Origin: Phyllobates terribilis | Lineage: Eukaryota | Direction of reading: 5' to 3' | Length of the DNA stretch: 64,000 nucleotides | NCBI RefSeq assembly: GCF_046119375.1 | Contig: NW_027362771.1 | Coordinates: 532,952,001-533,016,000, forward strand | Shown here: one piece after another, positions 21,229 to 32,400 of the stretch | How positions within the stretch are numbered: position 1 is the stretch's first letter | How the letters are laid out: each line of letters begins with the position of its first letter | Notes under the pieces: model-generated | Database searches by the model: none | Seen by the model: the letters and a program-made list of their open reading frames with translations, nothing else | Told to the model about the DNA's origin: nothing | Program-made: the position numbers and the translations under genes

Positions 21229-24200
21229 CATTATTCTGTATGGAGGACTATGTGGGCCCATTATACTGTATGGAGGACTATGTGGGGCCATTATTCTGTA
21301 TGGAGGATTATGTGGGCCCATTATACTGTATGGAGGACTATGTGGGGCCATTATTCTGTATGGAGGACTATGTGGGGACCATTATTCTGCATGGAGGACT
21401 ATGTGGGGCCCATTATTCTGTATGGAGGACTATGTGGGGCCATTATTCTGTATGGAGGACTATGTGGGGCCATTATTCTGTATGGAGGACTATGTGGGCC
21501 CATTATTCTGTATGGAGGACTATGTGGGGCCCATTATTCTGTATGGAGGACTATGCGGGGCCCATTATACTGTATGGAGGACTATGTGGGGCCATTATAC
21601 TGTGTGGAGGACTATGTGGGGCCCAGTGTACTGTATGGAGGACTATGTGGGGCCATTATACTGTATAGAGGACTATGTGGGGCCATTATACTGTATGGAG
21701 GACTATATGGGGCCATTATACTGTATGGAGGACTATGTGGGGCCCATTATTCTGTATGGAGGACTATGCGGGGCCCATTATACTGTATGGAGGACTATGT
21801 GGGGCCATTATACTGTGTGGAGGACTATGTGGGGCCCAGTGTACTGTATGGAGGACTATATGGGGCCATTATACTGTATGGAGGACTATGTGGGGCCCAT
21901 TATTCTGTATGGAGGACTATGCGGGGCCCATTATACTGTATGGAGGACTATGTGGGGCCATTATACTGTGTGGAGGACTATGTGGGGCCCAGTGTACTGT
22001 ATGGAGGACTATGTGGGGCCATTATACTGTATGGAGGACTATGTGGGGCCATTATACTGTGTGGAGGACTATGTGGGGCCCAGTGTACTGTATGGAGGAC
22101 TATGTGGGGTCCATTATACTGTATGGAGGACTATGTGGGGTCCATTATACTGTATGGAGGACTATGTGGGGGACCATTATTCTGCATGGAGGACTATGTG
22201 GGGCCCATTATTCTGTATGGAGGACTATGTGGGGCCATTATTCTGTATGGAGGACTATGTGGGGCCATTATTCTGTATGGAGGACTATGTGGGCCCATTA
22301 TTCTGTATGGAGGACTATGTGGGGTCCATTATTCTGTATGGAGGACTATGCGGGGCCCATTATACTGTATGGAGGACTATGTGGGGCCATTATACTGTGT
22401 GGAGGACTATGTGGGGCCCAGTGTACTGTATGGAGGACTATGTGGGGCCATTATACTGTATAGAGGACTATGTGGGGCCATTATACTGTATGGAGGACTA
22501 TATGGGGCCATTATACTGTATGGAGGACTATGTGGGGCCCATTATTCTGTATGGAGGACTATGCGGGGCCCATTATACTGTATGGAGGACTATGTGGGGC
22601 CATTATACTGTGTGGAGGACTATGTGGGGCCCAGTGTACTGTATGGAGGACTATGTGGGGCCATTATACTGTGTGGAGGACTATGTGGGGCCCAGTGTAC
22701 TGTATGGAGGACTATGTGGGGTCCATTATACTGTATGGAGGACTATGTGGGGGACCATTATTCTGCATGGAGGACTATGTGGGGTCATTATACTGTATGG
22801 AGGACTATGTGTGGTCCATTATACTGTATGGAGGACTATGTGGGGTCCATTATACTGTATGGAGGACTATGTGGGGTCCATTATACTGTATGGAGGACTA
22901 TGTCAGGGTCATTATACTGTATGGAGGACTATGTGGGGCCATTATACTGTATAGAGGACTATGTGGGGTCATTATACTGTATGGAGGACTATGTGGGGCC
23001 ATTATTCTGTATGGAGGATTATGTGGGCCCATTATACTGTATGGAGGACTATGTGGGGCCATTATTCTCTATGGAGGACTATGTGGGGACCATTATTCTG
23101 CATGGAGGACTATGTGGGGCCCATTATTCTGTATGGAGGACTATGTGGGGCCATTATTCTGTATGGAGGACTATGTGGGGCCATTATTCTGTATGGAGGA
23201 CTATGTGGGCCCATTATTCTGTATGGAGGACTATGTGGGGCCCATTATTCTGTATGGAGGACTATGCGGGGCCCATTATACTGTATGGAAGACTATGTGG
23301 GGCCATTATACTGTATGGAGGACTATGTGGGGCCCAGTGTACTGTATGGAGGACTATGTGGGGCCATTATACTGTATAGAGGACTATGTGGGGCCATTAT
23401 ACTGTATGGAAGACTATATGGGGCCATTATACTGTATGGAGGACTATGTGGGGTCCTTTATACTGTATGGAGGACTATGTGGGGTCATTATTCTGTATGG
23501 AGGACTATGTGGGGTCCATTATACTGTATTGAGGACTATGTGGAGTCCATTATACTGTATGGAGGACTATGTGGGACCCATTATTCTGTATGGAGGACTA
23601 TGTGGGACCCATTATTCTGTATGGTGGACTATGTGGGGCCCATTATTCTGTATGGAGGACTATGTGGGGCCATTATTCTGTATGGAGGACTATGTGGGCC
23701 CATTATTCTGTATGGAGGACTATGTGGGGCCCATTATTCTGTATGGAGGACTATGCGGGGCCCATTATACTGTATGGAGGACTATGTGGGGCCATTATAC
23801 TGTATGGAGGACTATGTGGGGCCCAGTGTACTGTATGGAGGACTATGTGGGGCCATTATACTGTATAGAGGACTATGTGGGGCCATTATACTGTATGGAA
23901 GACTATATGGGGCCATTATACTGTATGGAGGACTATGTGGGGTCCTTTATACTGTATGGAGGACTATGTGGGGTCATTATTCTGTATGGAGGACTATGTG
24001 GGGTCCATTATACTGTATTGAGGACTATGTGGAGTCCATTATACTGTATGGAGGACTATGTGGGACCCATTATTCTGTATGGAGGACTATGTGGGACCCA
24101 TTATTCTGTATGGTGGACTATGTGGGGCCCATTATTCTGTATGGAGGACTATGTGGGCCCATTATTCTGTACGGAGGACTATGTGGGACCCATTATTCTG

Positions 24201-24420
24201 TATGGAGGACTATGTGGGGTCCATTATACTGTATGGAGGACTATGTGGGGTCCATTATACTGTATTGAGGACTATGTGGAGTCCATTATTCTGTACGGAG
24301 GACTATGTGGGGTCCATTATACTGTATGGAGGACTATGTGGGGTCCATTATACTGTATTGAGGACTATGTGGAGTCCATTATACTGTATGGAGGACTATG
24401 TCGGGTCCATTATACTGTAT
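21229..24420. repeat. Second 30/31-bp minisatellite array (about 105 units)
   Basis: Same unit as 1-323 and 8273-9333. Confidence 0.97.
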
Positions 24421-24483
24421 ACTGGTTGGCCGTCGACTTTGTCAAAGTTTTTCATTTTGGCCTCTGTGAGCTTGACATCCCTG
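24421..24483. mobile_element. Right end / TIR of putative hAT non-autonomous element, second copy
   Basis: TGGTTGGCC..GACTTTGTCAAAGTTTTTCATTTTGGCC..GAGCTTGACATCCCTG, homologous to 9334-9403. Confidence 0.6.
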
Positions 24484-24719
24484 GTCTGACTTGGTTCACA
24501 CTCGCTGTCGATGCCATCTGGTAAGAGGCTGCGCTCGGCGCCACAGATCACTGACCAGGTCCTGCGAATCATTTGTACCATCTCTACCTTGTACCTTTTA
24601 ATATTTTGCAGCTTGTGGCTTATTATAACGTGCTATAACCCTATAGATGAATATTACAGCACAACTTTCCCGTCTCTCAGGGAGACAAAGAGTTACAGAG
24701 CCACAACAATCACTTCCAG

Positions 24720-25374
24720 GCGCGAAAGGGTTAGCCCTCTCTCTCTCTCTCTCTCCCAGTGCAGCAGCGATACAATGCCGCCCCATCCCCCTCTCAGGCA
24801 CGTTAGCAGTTCGACGCTCTCGGCGGTTGTCTGCTTTTGTCTGGCGCGGTCTGGAGGAGGGAGAAAGGCGCGCGGTGGGGTGGGGGAAGTGGGCGGCGCT
24901 ATGGTGGGATGAGGGCGTGGCCTAGCCGTGTAGGAGAAGGAGGAAGCTCGTGAATATTAATGAGCAGCATTGTGCAATTGGAGATGAGACGGTGAGGCTG
25001 GAGGAGACGGGGAGAGGAGAGGAGGTGGGTGATCGCACTGCAGCATGGGGCTCAGCATCGCAGCTCAGCTCCTTATTGTCACTTGATTGCTCTGTCTATC
25101 TCTATATCTGGCTGGCACTTCCCTCTGCCCCTCCCCCACTCATCCTCCCTGCACTGCACCCTCTCACTGCATGCACTGCACCTTCCTCACTTCCCTGTGC
25201 ACTGCACGCGAATCTGCACCTTCTCACCTTCTTTGTGCCAGGATTTACCCCCTTCTCCCTCTCCCAGTTCCTGATTTGGGATATTTTGGGGGCAGGACCC
25301 CCTCCCCAGCTCAGATCTCTGAGTAGTATGGGGAGATGAGATTGTATCCCAGCCTGGTACAGCTTCCTGGCCAG
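24720..25374 (+). promoter_or_regulatory. Candidate CpG-rich promoter and non-coding first exon of ZMIZ2
   Basis: Local CpG/GC enrichment; GC boxes GGGCGG (24891) and GGGCGTGGCC (24913); perfect donor CAG|GTAAGT at 25374/25375; same strand as ZMIZ2, whose first coding exon starts with an acceptor. No transcript evidence. Confidence 0.4.
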
Positions 25375-25391
25375 GTAAGTGCCCTCATATT

Positions 25392-25598
25392 GGGCTGTGC
25401 ATGCTCCTGGGTGCGGGCTGTGCATGCTCCTGGGTGCGGGCTGTGCATGCTCCTGGGTGCGGGCTGTGCATGCTCCTGGGTGCGGGCTGTGCATGCTCCT
25501 GGGTGCGGGCTGTGCATGCTCCTGGGTGCGGGCTGTGCATGCTCCTGGGTGCGGGCTGTGCATGCTCCTGGGTGCGGGCTGTGCATGCTCCTGGGTGC
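25392..25598. repeat. 23-bp perfect tandem repeat x9 (GGGCTGTGCATGCTCCTGGGTGC)
   Basis: Directly visible, nine identical units. Confidence 0.97.
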
Positions 25599-27195
25599 TT
25601 GTAGAGACTGGGCATGAGCCGTGTGCTGCTCCATATGTGGGAAATGTGTAGGACGGCGTATGCTGACATGATCTGCATATCGGCCGGCATGCTACGTCCT
25701 AATATTTTGTGCTGTACCTGGCAGCACGAAAGGCCAAGTGGTGTGCGGTCAGCCCGAAGGTCTGGTTATGTCCCTTCCATGGGCAGCTGAAGGGTATGGC
25801 TGAGACAACTGCACTTGTAAGGCGTGTGGCTGAAACGCGTGTGGTGTGTGATCAGTCGAAGGGTGCTTTTGGTTAGGCATGGTCAGATCTAATGGCCGCT
25901 ATAGGTCATGGTCTGTGGGTATGTAGGCTTGGGGTTTCGGACTAAGATTACAGGCAACTGACCCCATTAGTCCACACATTTTAGTCACTTGGCTGTGGTG
26001 TGTGGTTAGCATATAGTTGGTTATGTGTGCATGGTCCTCAGCAGTGACCAATATGGATGGGTCAGTTAGACAAGGGCGATGGAGGCTGCGCTGAAGGATC
26101 AGCTCTCGTAGAGGTGGTTTATGGACGCGTTTTTGTGAATTGACGACTTGGAGAAGTAATTATTGGTTCATGTGTAGGAATTATGAATGATTACGTTTTG
26201 AGCCATTGATATGTTTGGAAATCATTCATGGTGTATTCAATGTGGTGTTTGGCGTAGCCGGAGGGGAAACTGCGTTCTCCAAATGTGTCCATAGGGTTCT
26301 ACGCAACAGATGAGTGCCAGAAGACCTTTTTTTTTTTATTATACCCTTTTTAGCCAAATAGGCCCTATTGACTTATGGGGTATGTCTGGTCTGGCCGAGC
26401 TGCACAAAGCATTGATTTTTGTGATGAAGCATCCAACTTGGATGTGAACGCAACATTAGCGATGCCGAGCCCTCCAGAATGAAAGCTGTTTCTGGCTAGT
26501 AGGGAAGGCGCCCCCTGTATGACGTCTGAACATCCTCATAGTAGAAATGGAAGGGGCTGTCTTAATAGGACGTTGCCATTGATTGATTTGCTCAATTACT
26601 TGGGTGAATAATGTAACGCTCTTGGGTGAAATGTATTGGGATTGCCGATACATCCCTGCACTTCACAAGATGGCTGTAGGGGAAAATGGTCTTTTGGGTG
26701 ACCACTGTATTCTCAATGTGTTAAATGAGTCTCCAGTCTGATATTGTTTTTTCCACACTTATCTCTGAATGAAACAAAAAAATTTGCAGATATTGAACTA
26801 GTCGGGCTGTAGCCCACCACCAGTCGGGCTGTAGCCCACCACCCATTCCATCTCCCGTCTCTTCTATAAAGGCTCATAGATGTGGGGAGAGGGGGGAAAA
26901 TGTTGCCGTAGACGACTCCCACAGTGTATTTATCTCCTGCGGGGAAAAATGACTTGGAATTCTCCAGGTTTTGGCTACATTTGTGTTGCTCTCGTACATC
27001 TAATGTGTGGCCGATTTGAGTGGATACTGCAGAAATCATTGGGGCCTGTAATAAATATTTTGTGTAACTGCCAAGTTTACAAATTTTGGGGACATCATGT
27101 TGGTAAATCATTGTGGGCAACTTTTCTTGGAATGTCTCTTGACCGTACTCTGAAGGTGCATGGACACTGAAAGCTCGTTCACAATAACCTTTTTG

Positions 27196-27364
27196 TCTAC
27201 ACAGGATACCCATCAGGGTGAAACGATCTTTTGTGCAGCACAAATAACCATTGTTCTCGGCAGCATTAGTCCTGTTTACATAGGACAGACGATGTGCTGC
27301 CGAGAACAATGGTTATTTGTGCAGCACAAAAGATCTTTTCACCCTGATGGGTATCCTGTGTAGA
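27196..27364. repeat. About 70-bp near-perfect inverted repeat (MITE core)
   Basis: Arms 27196-27265 and 27295-27364 differ at only a few positions. Confidence 0.9.
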
Positions 27365-29049
27365 GAACAATGGCAGGTTATTACAGATCATTCAGTGCGC
27401 ATTATTTACCGTGCTTGGACTATGAAATGACCGCCGATCAGTAAATATCTACCAGTCATTTAGTGTCTCTGGTCGGTCTGTGATGAATCGAGGCCTATGT
27501 GCTCATGAACGTGGTGGAGGTGGGCGCTCTGTACTGGTGTGGCACCACATTGTGGAGAAATTCTTGCCTGTAGAGCGATGATTTTGGCAGGACCTGTTAA
27601 CCATCTGATGTGTAAGGGGGCAATTTGATTCTGTAGATGTCTGTTTCCAAAAGGTCAGACATTTTGAATTACAATTTTCAACCTTTCTTGTCCTCCCCCA
27701 ACCCCTCCAGAGACTTCTTGCTTCCCTTTTTTCCTTATGGAAAGCGTATGAACCCTCGGCGTTGATAGTGGTGGAAATATAGGCCCATACGTTGTACATA
27801 ACTACCGTACGCACTTGGACCCTGTTAATAGATCAATAGTAATTGATCGGAGACCCCCTGTTCCAGCCTTCTTGCTGTGGTATAGGAGCAGGTTCACGGG
27901 CCCCATAACATCTCAGTGTTGGCTTCTGGTGACATCACTGGTTTTCCTAGCCGCGTAGCCTCCACCGTACGGAGATGGCAGAGCTTGGACTTGTAGCATT
28001 TGTTTGTCAGTGACCTTTGTGATTCTTTTCCTTGTTACCTTTTTGTAAGTAGCTAAGGGGCAGGTCATGACAAACCCTGAGACAAAGCTGATCACTGTAG
28101 GCTTTTGTGAAGTCCGGCGGCGGTAGACATTAGATAGAAATCTGCCTTTGGTTGTGTTGTGCAATCAAATGCCAACTTTCTCAGAGAGCCCCTGAGAAAG
28201 CAGTGTCCTGACTGGTTGCTCTGAGTGACTACTTTTTCTTTGTTGTTACATTTATCAGCATATCTTCCTTTAAAGGGGTTGTCCAGGGTGTAAACATTTT
28301 CTAACAAAAGCTCAAAATTGGTTTAAAAAAAAAACCAAAAACTTTTGAAGCGGAGCTTCAGCTTCTGACTCTGTAACATGACCACTGTGGCCAGTCACTG
28401 GCTGCATAGTTGCCATTTCTCAGGATGCTTAAGTTCCTTTCCTGACCCAAGAGTCCCTGGAAATCCCGGACAGTTGGCAACTACGATGGCTGTAGCGGAT
28501 GTGCATGGTTGATCGCCTGCAGGTGTATGAGCGGGAGCCATCTCTCCTATTTTCTTCCAAGTGTGGCAGACATTTCTGTCGATTTCCTGTTAGTAACTGC
28601 AGAATACTTTAGTCATCTTTGCCCTGGCCTGAAATGGCCGATCACACAGGAAAAAACAAACAAAACAGATTTCATTGACTTTTCCATTAAATGGAAAGTG
28701 AGATTTGAGGTGGAGCTTCCCTCACATTAATTATAGATGGTGGAGCGCCCTTCTGCCCCGTATACTGAACCATCTTCTGTTACCTCATAAACCTTGCACA
28801 ATCCAATCGGTCTCTGTGCCAAACTAGCTGCCAGGGCCACATGAGGACATATCTGACAGTCTGCCACCATGACCTACTTTATCTATAGAACCTCGCTCTG
28901 AAACGCCACAATTAATAGTTATACAGTAGCTATATAAGTAGTCATCTGGGGGCATTTTATTTTGTAGCACCCCTCAGCATTACAAGGGTTTTCAGAGTTC
29001 GACTAGTTTCCTTTAACTTGTCAAAAGTGACTTTCTGATAGTCCTAATT

Positions 29050-29420
29050 TTAAAGGGTTTGTCCAGTAATTTTATACTGACGGCCTATCGTTAGGTCATC
29101 AATATAAAATCGGTGGGGGTGTGACATCCACCACCCCGGTTGATCAGCTGTTGCCTGTCGATGAACAAATGTGATCAGTTGCGGATCTGCACAGCACCTT
29201 TCCACCAATTATATAGTGGTCACGGATGAATGGGAATGGTTCTGCAGTACTCTGCTGTGGCCACTACACAGCTGTGATCTGTGCTGTTCTGCTCTGCAAC
29301 TGGTCAAATCCATCCAGCCCTTGAAAAAGCTGATCAGGTGTCGCACCCCCGCCGATCTGACATTGATGACCTGTCCTAAGGAGAGGCCATCAGTATAAAA
29401 GTACTGGACAACCCCTTCAA
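29050..29420. mobile_element. T2/Kolobok-type MITE
   Basis: TTAAAGGGTTTGTCCAGTA ... TACTGGACAACCCCTT TIRs; internal sequence related to 12394-12790. Confidence 0.7.
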
Positions 29421-32400
29421 GAAAAGGTTTTAGGCCTCATCTAGACATCCATGTATCAGTCTGTGGACGGACCATGTTGCACGTACTTGGCCAAAGGTTT
29501 TCTTACCTGTACTTGACAACGTCATGGATGTCTGAATTCAGTCTTCTATACATTTACATACTTTTTAAATGAGCACCTCACCTTGGATTAGGGTCAGCCA
29601 AACCTTTTGGCTTGACCAGCCAGCATCTAGGGTGTCTCAACTCTCCCTTGATGGAGGAAATGAAGGGCTGGACATGTTGGCATTCAGCATGCCCAGCCTT
29701 TTTTTTTTCCATTGGACAGAAGCCGCTGCTAATGGTGTCTGGCAGTGTCTTGCTCCCCTTGACCAAGCCAAGGTTGTGAGGGAATTTGGGGGGTATAGCA
29801 ATCAGGCGAACGTTTTCTGCTAGATACTTTCTTACCTGTTTGGCTCCATTTTAAAAGCTGACAACTTAAACCCTAGTCTCACTTAACAAACACCTGTCAC
29901 TAGGTTAAGTGTCTAATTTTTGCTCTCTTATTCCCATTGCTTCACTTTTTTTTTTGTTATCCACCATACGGTTCAAGAGGATATGGGGCCTTTTCGATTT
30001 GGTGCAAACTTATAATGTCTTTACCATTCTGGCATTTACGGTGTTGTCCTGACACTATAGAGCGTTACCTATTGTTATACCTGTGTGCGACAAACAAGGA
30101 ACCCCCTAATGGATGTGACGTAGGGCCTGAGGGACGTTTCAGTCCATTAGTTATCTTTCGGAACGTGCTGTGATTCTGAGTGGTCCTCTAGTTCTTCTGC
30201 CTTGTTATATATGATAAGTGTGGCCGGGAGCACGTACGTCTTCTGCTACATTGGATTTAGGAAATATGAGTAAGTCCCGTTTTTTTCTGTCAGGAGCCTA
30301 AAACTGAGCAGCAGACCAGACCTGTCATCATGATTTGGCATTTTCCAGTTCTGTAATGCAGTGTATTGTCGTTGCTGTTTTTTTGGCACTTTTGAGCAGT
30401 GACACAATAGTCCCTCATATAAGTTTAATTTTTGAGTGGTGCCATGTTGGTCAGGCAATGTAACGTAAAAATAGGAGGGGTCCACTGATTCCCCCCCCCC
30501 CCCCCTCCCCAATTGTAACTAGGGCAAAGAGCCATTGAGGCACTTATGGTTCTCGAAAACAAACTGACATCAATTGGAAAACATGGATGCCATTGGAAGC
30601 TCTGGAAATGAGACAATTTGATTGCTGCTTCCCCCAAAAAATAAAGTCTGTGGCCACCAAACACTACTTCTATTGGAAAGGAGCAACATCTCCTTTGAAC
30701 ACCAAGTCCGTTAAATTGGCATTATACAGTAAACTGCAGTAGCCCAAATGCTCTGTCATAGTGACCTTCCCTTGGCAGCCATAAGCATATCCATTCTGTT
30801 TTTAGCCTGGCACTTAGGCCTCAAGTATATGGCCAAATTATAACTCTTTTGTATGAGCTCCATATATGACCTTCATGTCCAATGAGAACATTACAGAGGC
30901 TTTCTTCGATTCTGTATGTGTCCTAACTATAAAAAAATGTGATTTATTGCATTGCTTTTAGGGAAGAATATCTTCATACGTGAGGTCCACAGCTTGGCCG
31001 GTCACAGTTGAGCCCTGCTGTCCAGGATTGGTACACAGGCCTAGTTCTGTGTGATTCAGTTGAAAGTAATGACACTCGTTAACACTCACAAGTAGAACAT
31101 TATTTTTAATTGTCAGACTATGGCCTGACTTACTTTCTGTGAGATTTGTCATAAATTACATGGTGTTCATAGTTTGACTGGTTTGGGTGTTGGTTGTCAA
31201 CTGTATTTCTTGGAAAGCCTTCCACCTTTATTATTAGAGAGGGCACGTCCCAATGTGTACGGTACTCGCTGGTGTCTTATGTACTATCTGGGAAGAGCGA
31301 TATCTCCCTGTAATCTTGGGGTCCAGTAGATTAGTCACTTGATAGGTCCTAATAACATCTGGTCTCTTCCCCTGGAGGATCAGTATGAAGGATCTCTAGA
31401 AATGAACTTTGGCCTGTGCTATGAATGTCTTCAGGTCCTTACCATAATTTCCTGTATTGCCTTTATTGATCTCTTATTAGGTCCGGGCTGGAGAATTCCT
31501 AGGAGCCATTAGTGCTTAGTAATATATTATTAATGTCTGTTTTGAGTTGTCTTCTATTCATTAGTATTCGGTAGAAAATGTCTAATCAAGCATGGGTTGT
31601 ACCTGGCTTCTGAAGTCTTTGCCCAACTTTGGAAGGACTTTATTGGTTGGGTGGTCATTGGATTAGACGAGACTTCCGTCATCGTGATGGTAATGACTAT
31701 CAGATTCTCGTTGTTTTACCAGAGACAGTTTTTTTGGTGACTTGATATGTTGTCCAATGAAGATGGACCTTTACTGATGGTTTTATTATGACTCTATGAT
31801 GGACACATTTTTGTGGTTCTGCATCTAGCATGTCAGAATTTTTAGAGGCTCGTTTGTTCTCCAGATTTCACAAAGTTTTGGCATTCCTTTTTCAAGTTTC
31901 TAAGTTATTCTTTTCTACATGGAAGAGCCACATGTGAATGGATGGAGTGTTCACACATAGTGTTTTTGCAGCTTTTTTTTGTGTGTATAAAAATAAGCTG
32001 CAAAGAAAAAGGAAACTTGTGAACATGCTTAGTTAGGCCACTGGTAATAAAAGAGCACTGCACTTGGCTGATCTGTGGCACTCCCAGAAGAATGAATTCA
32101 CGCAGGGCGGTTCTCCGGAGTGGTGGGAATCCCAGTGGTCAGAACCCCCCCACCCTGCTATTTCCTATCCAACAGATGGGGGATAGCCTCTAAGCTTGAG
32201 AATACTCAAGGCAGGCAGGTACCTGAGATCTTCAACAGACTGACAGCAGGGATAGATGCTTGGTTTCAATGGGTAAAGATCACAAAATCTCTCTTGTTTG
32301 GTGAAGGATTGAGAAATGTCTGTCCAGGTAAATAGTAGCTACTGATTAGGAGCTTCTGAGGGCAAGCCGCCTTCTTGTGCTCACAGATTATTTCTTACAT

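Noticed and set aside
20692-24524. Very long ORFs (895, 684, 595 aa and others) of repeating MWGPLYCMEDY / HYTVWRT / IILYGGLCG peptides; similar ORFs at 11-531 and 8245-9237
   Set aside because: They arise because the 30/31-bp satellite unit lacks stop codons on the plus strand; all three frames are open, with no coding signature.
25690-26330. Possible decayed Penelope/DIRS fragment (IDDL-like motif near 26140)
   Set aside because: A single short motif interrupted by stops; not supportable without a profile search.
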